Below are positions 1 to 12,288 of a stretch of 64,000 nucleotides of DNA, one piece after another. Each line of letters opens with the position of its first letter. The first letter of the stretch is position 1. The notes under the pieces are model-generated. The model saw only the letters and a program-made list of their open reading frames with translations, did no database searches and was not told where the DNA came from. Source of the DNA: an uncultured Planctomycetaceae bacterium. GTDB taxonomy: Bacteria; Planctomycetota; Planctomycetia; Pirellulales; PALSA-1355. Both the position numbers and the translations under genes were made by a program. The stretch lies in contig CAWAUV010000007.1 of NCBI GenBank assembly GCA_963785305.1, forward strand, positions 1,568,001 through 1,632,000, given 5' to 3'.

Positions 1-1
1 G

Positions 2-1219
2 CTCGACGAGCCGGATCGTGTGTTGATGATGTTCGATCGCTTGCGAAAAGTTTTTGTCGCCCGGCTGCGCGAAACAGTCGCCCAACATTTCGTAAGCGCG
101 TGCTTCGACAAGCGGTGGAAGCGGCTGCTGGGTCAAAATACGACGCACGAGTCGAGCCGCCGCCGCGGGATCGCCGGCGTCGATCTCGAGCCGGGCCGCC
201 AGAAATCGGTAGTCGCGGTTCTTCGGATCGAGGCGCATCGCTTCCTCGGCCGCCGCGCGACCCGCGACCGGGCGTCCCAACTGGCCGAGCGCCCGCGCCG
301 CGAGCGCCTGGGCCACGGCGCTTTTCGGCTCGAGTTCGGCGGCGAACCGCGCGTCGGCCAAGGCATGCGCCGGAAATTCTTCCTTGAGTCGTTCTTCGGC
401 CCGCACCAAAAATGCCTGGGCATCGATCGGCTCGATCACGATTTGAATCACTTGGCCCACATCCAGAGGCGAGGCATAGGCAAACATCACGCCGTGCTCG
501 GGATACACTTCGCCGACCGGTTTATCTTTTTCATCGGCCACCACGACCGCTTGGCAATCATCGAGCCGAAGTTGATGCGCGAGCGCTTGGCTCTCGACGG
601 CTTTGCCGAGAAAAATGGCGATGCCGGCGACCCGATCGTTTTCGATCGCCACGGCTACTTGCTCGAATGGCTCGATCGAATACAGATACCGCGTTTCGTC
701 GCCGATCTTCTTGATTTCCTTGGGCGAGCCCCATTTTTCGCGCACGTCGGCGCGGGTGGAACCGCCCGGCTGCACGCCGTTGAAATGCGCTGCTTCGGCC
801 TTGATCGGCTCGACGCGGTCGAAGCGCGGTCGCGGAGCCGATTGCGCCGCGGGTTGTTCGATGATCGTCTCCCGCGCCGGGGGCGACGTCGGCGCGGCGA
901 TCGGCTTGGGTTCGATATCGGCCGCCGATTCGGTGGCCGGGATCGGCGCTGGGCTCTCCGCCGCGGAAGTTTGTTCCCTGCCGCGCGTCGCTTCCATAAT
1001 GGGCGTCGCGCTTTCGGCGCCCACATCGAGGAGCCGCGCCGCCGAATCGGGGTCTTGAGCGCTCACGCTCAACCGCTGCGGCGCGGATTTGGAATCGGCT
1101 TCAGCCGCGCCCGCCCGCGCGGCGATCGGCGCAAGCGCCACGGTTACAATGGCAAAAGCCACGTGACGGTAAGGCGCCGTCCGTCTGGCCCGGTCCTCAT
1201 GGGCATTGAGGAGGTACAT
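2..1219 (-). CDS. TPR-containing, probably exported protein (runs off the window edge)
   Basis: Not in the ORF track. I read an ATG at 1219 after AAGGAAGGAG. Translation MYLLNAHEDRARRTAPYRHVAFAIVTVALAPIAARAGAAE (signal-like), a Pro/Ala linker, then TPR-like helices (AAELEPKSAVAQALAARAL, AMRLDPKNRDYRFLAARL, ARAYEMLGDCF). Open to the window end. Confidence 0.7.
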   Translation of the reverse strand, partial: MYLLNAHEDRARRTAPYRHVAFAIVTVALAPIAARAGAAEADSKSAPQRLSVSAQDPDSAARLLDVGAESATPIMEATRGREQTSAAESPAPIPATESAADIEPKPIAAPTSPPARETIIEQPAAQSAPRPRFDRVEPIKAEAAHFNGVQPGGSTRADVREKWGSPKEIKKIGDETRYLYSIEPFEQVAVAIENDRVAGIAIFLGKAVESQALAHQLRLDDCQAVVVADEKDKPVGEVYPEHGVMFAYASPLDVGQVIQIVIEPIDAQAFLVRAEERLKEEFPAHALADARFAAELEPKSAVAQALAARALGQLGRPVAGRAAAEEAMRLDPKNRDYRFLAARLEIDAGDPAAAARLVRRILTQQPLPPLVEARAYEMLGDCFAQPGDKNFSQAIEHHQHTIRLVE

Positions 1220-1503
1220 GTTGCCTGCTCCTTCCTTGAAGCGGCGAGTCCGGATTACAAGGAAACCGACCAGCAATCAACAAGCGCGGCGAAATAGGGT
1301 CCGCGCTCTTTGACCAAGACACCGCAAAATGCGGCAAATCCTATTTTCGTTATCGGAGCATCGGAGCATCCGGCAATAGTTTCTCATGTCAAAGAATCGG
1401 CGCGATTGTCACAAAATGCCATGCGTTGACAAAATGTCCCAAGAACCGCCTCGACGCAACCCGCCGCGCTTGCGCGGTCAGCCAGCGCGCGAAGCCATCG
1501 GTG

Positions 1504-2754
1504 CTAGCGAGGCGTCGGGGAGAGCGCGAAACATGGCGATCGGCGCAGCAGTTCGTCGGCGGCGTTGAAATCGCCCCGTTGGACAAATTCGCTCGCGCGC
1601 TCGAGTTCCCGTCGCTGGGCTTCCGTAAAGGGCAGCGGGGCGCCAGCCGCCGGCGCCTCGGGAACCAACCGCTCGATGATCGCTTCGCCGAGCGCCGCGA
1701 GCCCCTTGCCCGAGAGAGCGCTCACGCGGAGCGCGCCTCGCAAAAAATCGGCCCCCGCGCGGGAAATCCCTCGACCAGCGCCGGCTTGGGCAATATTCGC
1801 GGTCGAGGGCGAGTTCGCGAGCAGATCGCACTTGTTTACCACGCGCAGCGCCTCGGGCCACGCGCAGGACTAGGCGTTCTTCTTCCACTCCCGCCGGCGC
1901 CAGCGCGTCGAACACCAGCGCTACCAGGTCGACTTCTCTCGAAGCGCGCCGCGCCTTCGCCACTCCGGCCGCTTCGATTGCGTCGTTCGTTTCGCGGAGG
2001 CCGGCGGCGTCGCAAAACTCGCACGGCCAGCCGGCCAATGCCGTTGGGCGCAGAGCGCGTCGCGAGTCGTGCCGGGAATCGGGCTCACGATCGCCCGCTC
2101 GTAGCCGAGCATCGCGTTGAGCAAACTGCTTTTGCCCACATTCGGCGGCCCGACGAACATCACGGTCCAAGGCGTCGTGAGCCGCGCGCCGAATCGCCCA
2201 CCGGCGCGGAGTCGATCGAGCAATCGCGCCGCATCGGCCGGTTGTCGCTCGAGCGCGAACAGAATCGCGTCGATCGCGCGGCGCAGCGCTCCGTGGTATT
2301 GAGCAAGCAGCGCCGCCGCGGCACGCTCGGTGGTGGTCGAAGCAAGTTCGATGCGCGCCGCGGCGGCGATCGGGTCGGTCTCGCGTTCTTCCACCCAGCG
2401 ACGCCAATCCTGCTCCACGGCGCCCGCCGCGACCAGCGAGCCAACAATCTCGGCGGCGGCCACGCGCCCGCCGTGGCAGTGGACTTCGATCTGTCGAGCA
2501 TCGATCGCGCAGGCCACGACATCCTCGCCCGACGTTCGCCATCGGCCATAGGCAATGCGCCCGAGCGGCAGGGTGTCGAAAGGCGTGTCGCTTGCCGGCG
2601 CGAACAGGGCGGTGACCATCGCGCGAGCGTCGGCTCCGGTGATGGCCAGCGTGGCCACGGCCCCCCGCCCCGGCGAAGTGAGCAGCGCCACCCGGCAATC
2701 GCGGACACTGTTCGCGGAATCAGTGGCCGGCGTTGTCTGTTCGCTCGTGGCCAT
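1504..2754 (-). CDS. mnmE: tRNA modification GTPase MnmE/TrmE-like, split by two frameshifts (~2050, ~1850)
   Basis: N-terminal [10 protein letters not shown] and EVHCHGG, G1 [34 protein letters not shown] and SALSGKG are spread over three frames. Confidence 0.85.
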
Positions 2755-2824
2755 GACTATTTTCCGAAGGGCATGGTGATTAGGATCATGACTTGGCCCG
2801 GGCTCGACTCCCGGTTTTCGGAAC

Positions 2825-5444
2825 ATGCGGAGAATAAGGCGATGGCGTTGGTTGAAAGAGTGCTTGGGGTTTGGCGCGTGCTTGCGCGGGCGCGTGCTTG
2901 GGCTCGCGATTCCGCGGCCGCATTTCGTTTCGTTGGCGTTCGCGATTGCGGTCGCTTTCATGGCGCTCAACCCAACCGGCTTGGCCTCGGCCGAGACGCC
3001 GGGCGCCACCGGCGGGCCGCTTTGCGTGAGCGGCGTGTATCCGGAACTCGCGGCGTTCAATTCTTCCGGCGAATGCGGCATCGGGGCGGTCGTGCCCTGG
3101 GCAGGCCGGCTGTGGTGGATCACCTATCCGCCCCATGAGCGCCACGGCAGCGACGATCAACTGTATTCGATCGACGATAGTTTGTCGCTGGTGATCCATC
3201 CCGAGAGCGTCGGCGGAACCCACGCCGGGCGCATGATCCACCGCGAGTCGAAGCAATTGCTGATCGGTCCCTATGTAATCGACGAGCGGCGCACGGTGTG
3301 CGCAGTTCGATGTCCACAAGACGTTGCCCGGTCGGCTCACGGCGATTGCCCGCCATTTGCAAGACCCGGCCAACAAAGTGTACTTCGTCGACATGGAAGG
3401 CCCGGTCTGGGAGGCCGACGTGCATACGCTTCGCGCGAAAAAGCTCTTCGAAAAACCGCTGCCCGGCTGGCATGGCAAGGGCGCCTACACCGGGCAAGGC
3501 CGGCTCGTCGTCGCCAACAATGGCGAAGTCTCGGCGATCTCGGACCTGGATCGCAAGAAAGTCGAAACCCCGCTCGAACCCAAGAGTCCCGAACACATGG
3601 GAGTGCTCGGCCAGTGGCTCGACGGTAAATGGTCGATCGTCGAACGGCGCCAATTCACCGATGTCACTGGACCCGGTGGCATCGAAGGCGCGAAGCGGGA
3701 TTCCGACTCCCTTTGGAGCATCGGCTGGGATCGCCGCTCGGCGATGCTCGAATTGCTCGACGCCGGCCAGTGGCGCCGGTTTCGCTTGCCGAAGGCCTCG
3801 GCCACCTACGATCATCGCGGCGGTTGGTACACCGAATGGCCGCGAATTCGCGAAGTCGGCAAGAATCGGGCCCTGATGGATGCCCACGGCATGTTCTATC
3901 GCTTTCCGCTCGGCTTTCGCTCGGGCGCCACCGGCGGCATCGAACCGATCAGTTCGCACTTGCGCTATGTGCCCGACTTTTGCGATTGGAACGGCCGGCT
4001 GGTGCTGGCGGGCGATGATACCTCGATCATGCAAAATCCGCTTGCCGGCAAGTCGCAGTCGAACTTGTGGTTTGGCCATGTCGAGGATTTGGCGGCCTTT
4101 GGCCCTCGGGCCGGTTGGGGCGGGCCTTGGCTCCGCGACGCGATCAAGGCCGGCGAGCCCTCGGATCCGTTTCTTTTCGACGGCTTCGACGAGCGCGTGG
4201 CGCATCTGGTGAACCACGGCCCGCGCGATGTAACCTTCACGCTCGAAATCGACGCCGAGGGCGACGACCACTGGAAGCCGCTGCAAACGATCGCGGTTCC
4301 GAAACACGGCTATGCCTATCGCATTTTTCCGGCCGATCTCCACGGCGCCTGGATTCGCGCCACGAGCGACACCGCGACCGACGCCACGCTCGTGTTCTGG
4401 TACACTGGCGCCGGGCATGCTCCGGCCGAGGGTCGGCGCCTGTTCGCCTCGCTGGCCGATATTACCGACGAGGCTCCGCCCCGCGCCGCGATCATTCGCC
4501 CGGCCTCGCACGACCGCGACTTGCAAGTGGCGGTGCTCGGTCCGGCCGCGATGGCCGGCGACGCGACGAAGGGGGTGACGATCACCACGTCGAACCCCGC
4601 TGGCGACCTCGCTCGCTTCACCGGCGCTTATCGCGAAGTCGACGAGCGTTTGAAATTCATCGGCCCGCAAGAGTCCGCCGCGAGCGATGAAAAAGACGAA
4701 GCGGCGATTCGCGCCGAAAAAGACGCGATCAAGAAGATGCTTCAACTCGCCGCGCTGCCGGCCAAGCCCGAATTCACGGTCGACGCGGCCAGCGTGATCG
4801 TGAGCGACTCGAAAGAGCATCGCTACCGGCTGCCCAAGAGCCACGAGAAATATGATCAACCGTTCGAGTTCGGCTGGCCGCGGAGCAAACGCGAGTGCAT
4901 CTCCGAGCGATTCTTGCTCAATATCCACGGCACGTTTTACCTCGTCGGCCGCGAGAGCGGACTCGCGGTGATTCGTCCCGTGGCCACGCACGACAAACAG
5001 ATCGCCGACTATTGCACTTGGCGCGGGCTGATGGTGCTCAGCGGCGCCCGCCACGACGCCAAGCCCGATGGCCATTATTTCGGCGACGAAGCGATCGGCC
5101 TCTGGTTCGGGCACATCGACGACCTCTGGAAGTTCGGCAAACCAATCGGTCATGGCGGACCATGGAAAGACACCGCGGTGGACGCTGGCGAGGTGAGTGA
5201 CCCGTATCTAATGGCCGGCTACGACAAGAAAAAACTCACGCTCAGCCACGACGCCGGGCATCCGGTGAAATTCACCATTGAGATCGACCTCACCGGCGCC
5301 CAGGATTGGCAACCGTATGCGACGCTCGACGTGGCCGCCGGCCAACCAGCGACGCATGTCTTTCCCGACGGCTTCTCGGCCCAGTGGCTGCGAGCGCGCT
5401 GCGGCGACAAGTGCCAAGCGACCGCCTGGCTCGACTATGAATGA
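2825..5444 (+). CDS. Large secreted protein of unknown function (frameshift ~3310; start uncertain)
   Basis: Hydrophobic signal-like stretch, then [33 protein letters not shown], continuing into the 706-aa ORF 3324-5444. Internal duplication: [16 protein letters not shown] versus [16 protein letters not shown]. Confidence 0.7.
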
Positions 5445-5458
5445 GCCGCGACGGGCTA

Positions 5459-6286
5459 TCAATAGGTCGGCGTGGCGAGGGCGATGCCGCCGAGCGTGAG
5501 GTGCGGCACATACTCGGCCGGCTCCCCGGCCTCGCTCACAATCAGGCTCGCGACGGCCGAGGCGGCGCCGCCGGTGAGGAAGACTTGCGTGGCGGGACTG
5601 CCCGCCGAGAGTCTCGCGGCGAGCTCGCGCGCCGCGCCGACGGCGCCCCAGAATAGGCCCGAACGCATCGCGGCCGTGGTCGAAGCGCCAAGCGGCGCCG
5701 GCGGCGCGCCGAACTCCGACATCATCACCAGCGGCAACAGATCGGTAAAGTCGTGCATCGCCCGGGCCGACATGGCGATGCCCGGCAAGATCGCTCCGCC
5801 GGCGAACGCGCCGGCCCGCGTGATGAGATCGACCGTGATCGCGCTGCCGATATCGATGACAATCGCCGCGCTCTCCGGCCGGCGCAGTCGATTGGCCGCC
5901 AAGGCGCTAGCCAGCCGATCCATGCCCACGAGGTCGGGTCGCTCGACGTCGACCACGAGCGGCAAGCGCTCGGCGGTCATCGACTCGCGAGTGTCGCCGG
6001 TTCTCGACTCAAGCCAGCGGAGCACCGTCGACTCCGATGGTCGATTCACGCTGCATACTCGCCAGTGAAGCGGTGCGGCGGCCAATGCGGCGGGGCCTGA
6101 TTCGCCCGAGGCCGCGAGCCATTTTTCCACCCGCGGCCCATCCCAAGCGTCGAGCGAAAGCGAATCGTCGGGCAAGGGCAGGCCGGCGCGGGGCGGGGCG
6201 CCAAACAGCCCCAGCTTGATGCGGCTATTGCCGATATCGACGGCAACGAGCCGCCGCTTTGGAATGTCGGAGATTTCGATCGCCAT
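5459..6286 (-). CDS. coaX: Type III pantothenate kinase
   Basis: [46 protein letters not shown] and LTGG motifs. Confidence 0.93.
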   Translation of the reverse strand: MAIEISDIPKRRLVAVDIGNSRIKLGLFGAPPRAGLPLPDDSLSLDAWDGPRVEKWLAASGESGPAALAAAPLHWRVCSVNRPSESTVLRWLESRTGDTRESMTAERLPLVVDVERPDLVGMDRLASALAANRLRRPESAAIVIDIGSAITVDLITRAGAFAGGAILPGIAMSARAMHDFTDLLPLVMMSEFGAPPAPLGASTTAAMRSGLFWGAVGAARELAARLSAGSPATQVFLTGGAASAVASLIVSEAGEPAEYVPHLTLGGIALATPTY

Positions 6287-6356
6287 GGCCGCGGGTCTTT
6301 CAAGTCACCGCGACGCCTCCTCGCGTCGCGGTTTTGAGAGCCGATCCGACAACTCG

Positions 6357-6392
6357 CCCTCTCGCCCTTTGGGAGAGGGGAGGTTGAGGGCT
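6357..6392. repeat. REP-like extragenic palindrome
   Basis: CCCTCTCGCCCTTTGGGAGAGGGGAGGTTGAGGGC hairpin between obgE and coaX; single copy in the window. Confidence 0.4.
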
Positions 6393-6439
6393 CGCCGAAG
6401 TTCTCGGATGGGCTCCAAGGAAAGGTTGATGCCTGACTT

Positions 6440-7572
6440 TCATGACTCGGCCGCGGCGACCGGCCCAGCCGGCCTCGCGGCGCCGGAATCGGACACCATG
6501 GCCGAATCGACCAACGCGCTCGCGGCGCGAACCTCGTCTTCGCGCGAACGGCCTCACGGGTAACGGCTTCACGCGCATCGGCCTCGCGCGCGTCGAGCAA
6601 TTGCACCACGCGCCGGAGCAGCACATCGAGCCGCTCGCCGGTCACGGCCGACACCAGGAGCACTTCGCGCGACAAGGTCTCCGCCAGCCGGGCCGCCACC
6701 TCCGCGGCGCCGGGAAGCTCCGCCTTGGTCACGGCCACGATCTCCGGTCGGCTGCCCACGGCCTTGCTATATTGTTCGAGCTCGCCGCGAACGACGCGAT
6801 AATTTTCGATCGGGTCGCTGCCATCGGCCGGCGTGGGCTCGACCAAGTGGACCAAGATGCCGGCTCGCTCGATGTGGCGCAAGAATTCGTGTCCGAGCCC
6901 GGCGCCCAAATGCGCCCCCTCGATCAGTCCTGGAATGTCGGCCATGACAAAAGACCGGTCGGCATTGACATGCACGAGCCCGAGGTTGGGATACTTGGTG
7001 GTGAAGGGATAATCGGCGATTTCGGGCCGAGCGCGCGATACGCGGCTTAGGAGGGTGCTCTTGCCGGCATTGGGCTTGCCGATCAGGCCCACGTCGGCGA
7101 TGACCTTGAGTTCGAGGATCAACATTCGCGCGTCGCCGGCGCCGCCGGGAGTGGTTTCGCGCGGCGCGCGGTTGGTCGACGACTTGAACGTCAGATTGCC
7201 CTTGCCGCCCTTGCCGCCGCGCGCGGCGATGACCTCTTCGCCCGCGGCGGTAAGATCGCGGAGCACGAGTCCGGTTTCAGCGTCGATCACGACCGCGCCG
7301 GGCGGAACATCGATCACTAGGTCGTGGCCATTTCGGCCGTGGCAATTGGCGCTGCCGCCGGCCGCGCCGGGGTCGGCCCGCCAGTGCTTGCGCTGCGAAA
7401 GACCGGCGAGGCTATCGACTCCCGCCAGGGCGCGAATGATCACGCTGCCGCCATCGCCGCCATCGCCTCCATCGGGTCCGCCGCGAGGCACGAACTTCTC
7501 GCGGCGAAAGCTGCGGCAGCCGTTGCCGCCATTGCCCGCGGCGACCATGATTTTAACGCGATCGACAAACAT
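6440..7572 (-). CDS. obgE: GTPase ObgE/CgtA (3' end uncertain, probable frameshift ~6525)
   Basis: [66 protein letters not shown]. The tracked ORF would overlap coaX; an alternative frame stops near 6440. Confidence 0.93.
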
Positions 7573-7831
7573 ATTGGCGCCGGGGGTGAAAAAAAGGAGG
7601 GGCTGGTCCTCACGATCTGGACCGCCCCCCCAAAAAATTCCGTGCAACTGGGTTGGCGCGAAGCGCCCTAGTGCTTTGTCACGGCTGAAATGATAGGCAA
7701 CCCCGTGGCGCCACGCCCTCGCTTGCGTGGGCATGTTTTCAAGCGCCAAGCGGGGGCCTCATGCCCACGCAGGGCCGTGGGCATGGCACACGGAACGAAT
7801 CCAATCCGTCATTTCAAACTTTGGCAAAGCG

Positions 7832-8077
7832 CTAGGCGGCGTCGACATTGACCCGGCGGCTTCTTTGGTCGAAGCGCACCACCCCGTGCGCGAGGGCGAA
7901 CAGGGTGAAATCGCTGCCGCGACCCACATTCCGGCCGGCGTGAAATGTCGAGCCGACTTGCCGCACGATGATGCTGCCCGGCTGCACTTTCTCGCCGCCG
8001 AATTTCTTGACGCCGCGGCGTTGTCCGTTGGAATCGCGGCCGTTGCGGCTCGAGCCTTGGCCTTTCTTATGCGCCAT
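7832..8077 (-). CDS. rpmA: 50S ribosomal protein L27
   Basis: [28 protein letters not shown]; canonical position upstream of obg. Confidence 0.97.
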   Translation of the reverse strand: MAHKKGQGSSRNGRDSNGQRRGVKKFGGEKVQPGSIIVRQVGSTFHAGRNVGRGSDFTLFALAHGVVRFDQRSRRVNVDAA

Positions 8078-8270
8078 GTTGCTTGTCTCCCGGTTTTTTG
8101 GTCGCGGACTGCTCCGGAGAAGCGGGCCGACAAAAAACGCTGCTGAAAAAACTTTGAATCCGCGGCTGCCGCCCTTAGCTCCAAATAGCCCGTGGCTCCA
8201 GGTGTTCCCTGGGCCATGCTTCCGCCCGCTGGGGGCCGCGCCTGCGCGTGTCTTGGGGGAATCGCTCTTT

Positions 8271-9413
8271 TTAACGATAAACCCACTCGTAGTCAACCTC
8301 GCCGGAGATGCCGAAATGCACCGGCCGCTCCTGCTCGAGGTATTCATCGCCCGGCCGCCAAAAATTCAGCACCAGGGTTTTTTGCGTCATCACCCGGCCC
8401 GTGCCCGGCGGGCCGCCGGCCTGATAGCCCCCCGGCGGGTCGACCCATTTGAAGGCGTTGCTGAGCCCCTGGATCGAGATCGAGAAGAAATCGATTTTCG
8501 GGTCGAGATCTTCCCACGTGGCCACGCCCCACACGCTGTTGTCCTCGCGATCGGTGCTCAGCGGAATCGGACGGCCGCCGATCGTCACCGAATTGAGCAG
8601 CTTGCGATTCGGATCTTCCTTTTGCTGAATCGGTTCCCAAGCCACCGGAATCAGCCGATCGAGATAAGCCTTCGAGATGCGTTTCTTTTTCTTCGCGGCG
8701 TCGAATTCGATCGCTTCGAGAATAAACAGCGGCAGGAACCGCATCTCGATATCTTCGTTCTTGGGAGCGTAGGTGCCGTCGGGCTGGGGATCGTAGCCGA
8801 TGTGCTTGCCCGTGTTCTTGACATGGTAAACCATGTACCAGATCGGCTTGCGTTGCATCTTGCCGCCGGGCTGGGGCTCGTCGACCATAATCACCCGCGG
8901 CGGCTTGAAGGTGAACTCGAGGCACCAGGAAACACTGCGGAACGTGACTCCCGTGGCCATTTCCTTGAGTGTGCGCGAGCCGGGAGTAAACTTAGGCTTC
9001 CAATCCAGGTTGGGAATGCCCTCGAGTATTTCAACCACATTGTGTTGGCTGAAGGTCTCGCTCTCGTCCTTGTCGGGCGGTATCGTCACCTCGACCCCAG
9101 GCGCCAGCTTGCGATAGCCGGCCTTCTCGGGCGCCGCCTTGGCCGGCGCGGGCCTGGCCGGCGAAGCCTTTGCTCCAGCGGCGGGCGCGGCGAGCTTGGC
9201 AGGCGCCGCGGCCCGGGGCGTCGCCGGCTGCTGGGCGCCAACGAGGCCACCGCATAACCAAAGCACGAATCCCGCGGCCAACGCGAGCCCGGCGCATCTT
9301 GCCGCCGCGCGCCGGTTGACACGAGAAGCCACCGAGCGTCCTTCGATCATGAAACGCATCTTGAACACCATCGCCAAAGAAGCCGGTCCCGTGGGCGGAG
9401 CGACGGCGGCCAA
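8271..9413 (-). CDS. Hypothetical exported protein (start uncertain)
   Basis: Signal-like hydrophobic stretch, Ala/Pro linker, then a globular region ([31 protein letters not shown]). Confidence 0.75.
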   Translation of the reverse strand: MAAVAPPTGPASLAMVFKMRFMIEGRSVASRVNRRAAARCAGLALAAGFVLWLCGGLVGAQQPATPRAAAPAKLAAPAAGAKASPARPAPAKAAPEKAGYRKLAPGVEVTIPPDKDESETFSQHNVVEILEGIPNLDWKPKFTPGSRTLKEMATGVTFRSVSWCLEFTFKPPRVIMVDEPQPGGKMQRKPIWYMVYHVKNTGKHIGYDPQPDGTYAPKNEDIEMRFLPLFILEAIEFDAAKKKKRISKAYLDRLIPVAWEPIQQKEDPNRKLLNSVTIGGRPIPLSTDREDNSVWGVATWEDLDPKIDFFSISIQGLSNAFKWVDPPGGYQAGGPPGTGRVMTQKTLVLNFWRPGDEYLEQERPVHFGISGEVDYEWVYR

Positions 9414-9874
9414 TATACGCCGAACGTCGATAATCCTATCGCCCCAAGCTCTTTACTCTAGTTTCCCGCGCACGCGCCCGTCAAATTCCGCCGCCGGGTT
9501 TCGGGTTTCCCGCGCCGGGAAGCGCTAAAACCCGCACAATCGGATCACGGGCGGGCCCGCGGATGCCGGCCAGGCCAGAGAAAAGCGCCTGGTCCAGATA
9601 ACCGGTTGGCTCGCCGATCGCCCGGCTGGCCGGTCGGCCTGTTGATTATCTCAATAGGCTGATAAGAAGTCCGCCCGCGGCAGTTTGCGCGGCTGGCTTA
9701 CCGGCGCTGATTGTTCTTGCGCCTCGCGTATCAAAACCCTTGATTCCTGGCGATCCGCACGAATAATCGAAATCGCTTACGCCGCGGCTTCGGATTTCTC
9801 ATGCGCGAACGCCAGCACAAAAGCACGTCGCGCAGGCGGCGGGTATTTCGGCGGGGTTTTCCACATGTTCAAGC

Positions 9875-12248
9875 GTGGCCTTTCCCGATATGCCCGAGCG
9901 ATGGCCTTCCCGGAGCAGACGGCTCATGGATTTTCCGCTGGCGACCGTTGCGGCCGGCCAATTCGGCTTCCAGCAACTTTGTCCAAGTCGTGGCGCCGCA
10001 TGCGGCGTCGGTAATTTCGCGTCGAATTTGGAGCGTGCGCTCTGGCAAATCGGAATTGAAACCCACACCGTGACGTCAACGACCGAATTGCCTCCCGGCG
10101 ACTTGCTGGTTCAGCACGAATTCGGTCTCTACGATAGCGAATCACTAAAACGCCTCCTCCGCCAGCACTTGGGTGCGCACGTTTCTCTTCGCGCACAGCC
10201 CCGGCGCCGAGATTTTCGCGGACCACGTCGACGCCTTTGTGTCTTTATGCGATGGCGTCGTGGGACCGGTGGCGAAGCAACAAATCGTCTTACCGCATCC
10301 CGGCTGGCAAACGGCGTGCGCCGACCGCGTGCATCTCAAGAAACAGTTCGGTTGGCCGCGTTACCGATGCGTTGTCGGAACGAACGGCTTCATCAGTCCG
10401 TCCCGACAATTTGACGAGGTGGTGGCGCGGCTGATCGACTTCGCGGTTGATGCAAATTTGCTGATTTATGTCGCTTGCCCTCGACACAACTCTCACGACA
10501 GCCGCCGTGGATACGCCGACCAGGAGGAGCGATTGGTGGAAATGGCGAGAAGTTTCCCGGCGAACCTTTATCTTGAGCAGCGCTTTCTCGACCAAGAGGA
10601 ATTGAACATCCGGCTTCAAGCATGTGATCTCCTCTGGTGCTGGACCAGCACGTCATCGAAGCCTTATGGCAGCGGCACGTGCTCCGATCAATATTCGAGC
10701 GGCACGCGGCTCGTCGTCGCGGAAAAGCAGCAGCACGGCCACGTGCTCGGATTGCCCAACGTCGTGTCGGCGCCGCCGGAAATTGGCGCATTCGTCGCGG
10801 CGCTCAAGTCCCAGATTTTGCGGGGCAAATTCGAACGCCACTATCCGGCCGCATTGTCATGGACGTTGTTCGTAAACCGCCTGCGCCAGTTCATGGAAGA
10901 CGTGGGTGAACCTAAATTGCAAAATGACGCCGTTCCATTGGCAACGGGTCCACGACCCGGTGATTTTCAACGGAGTACGCCAGCCGCCTCCTATTTCATA
11001 AAGCATGGAAACGTGCCCGTGGCGCCGCGACGTGCCTTTCCGCCGCGCTCGGCGCCGCCCGAAACTCTTGACGAGCACAACGCGGCGCACCTCGCCGTTG
11101 AATTCCTCGAATCGCTTGAGCCTTGCAGCGACCGCTCCGAGGGCCGCGGCATTGTTATTTGCGCGGGCGGTCCCATTTACAACGTCTGCGCCTGGGTCAC
11201 GATCAACATGCTTCGCCGGCTCGGCTGCAAACTCCCGATCGAGGTTTGGTATCGTGGATTCCACGAATGCGACGATCATTGGCTCGATCTCGTCGAACCG
11301 CTCGGTGTCGAACTGGTTGATGCCGATTCGGCGAGCTATTCGCGGCCGCATCCACGCCTCGGCGGCTGGGAGCTAAAGCCCTACGCGATCCTCAACTCCC
11401 GTTTCCGCGAAGTGCTCCTACTGGACGCCGATAATGTTCCGGTCGTCGATCCCACGCCGCTGTTCGATACTCCAGAGCACCGAGCATGCGGCGCCGTGTT
11501 ATGGCCCGACTACTCCTCGACGCCGAAAGACCACCGCCGCTGGCGTATTTTCGGTGTCGACCCCCACGGCGCCCCCGAAGTCGAGAGCGGGCAAATCCTG
11601 GTGGACAAGCACCGATGCTGGCGGGCACTCAATCTATGCAATTGGTACAACGAGCGGTCGGACTTCTTTTATCAATTCGTCCATGGCGACAAAGACACGT
11701 TCGATCTTGCTTGGCGGCGAGCGGGCCAGCGATATGCAATGCCGTCGCGCGGCATCGAGGCGATTCCCTACACGATCTGTCAGCACGATTTCGCGGGCCG
11801 GCGAATCTTTCAGCATCGCGTGGGCGATAAATTTTCGCTTGCCGCGCCGCGGCCAAGCCGAGGATTCATTCATGAAGAGCAATGCTTCCGTTTCATTGAG
11901 ACGCTTCGAGCGCGGTGGAGCCCGCTACTCGGCTTGCTCCAGCGGCTGACCGAAGCCGACCTCGCGGGAATGGATCGACTATCGCGGCGAATGTTCCGTC
12001 TGATTCGCAACGACGACGATCAAGGCGGGATTTCCCTGCGGCCAGATGGCTGCGTCAACGCGGAAAAACCCGACGCCGAGGCGATCTACTGGTGCGTTCG
12101 TGAAATCGACCGCGAGATCACGTTTTTCGACATCGCAGGTCGACCGACGTTTCGGCTGTCCGAGCAACCCGGCGATATCTGGTTCGGCGAAAGCATTTCT
12201 AAAAAGAACATTTTTCTTCGCTTGGCGCCGATTCCGCCAATATCGTAG
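9875..12248 (+). CDS. Two-domain glycosyltransferase: GT-B (GT4-like) fused to GT71/Mnn-type alpha-mannosyltransferase-like domain (frameshift ~10170)
   Basis: CGVGNFASNL..VQHEFGLY in frame 9875 continues in frame 10173. The C-half has RGIVICAGG, LPIEVWY, GWELKPYAILNSRFREVLLLDADN, LWPDY, ESGQILVDK and GDKDTF. Confidence 0.8.
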
Positions 12249-12288
12249 AATGACCGGATCATGGTGCAAAATCGCGTCTTGAAACGCG

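Noticed and set aside
20..1297. 425-aa plus-strand ORF
   Set aside because: Arg-rich antisense shadow of the minus-strand TPR gene.
1426..5153. Long ORFs 1426-3138 (+) and 3120-5153 (-)
   Set aside because: Antisense shadows of mnmE and the secreted protein; common in high-GC DNA.
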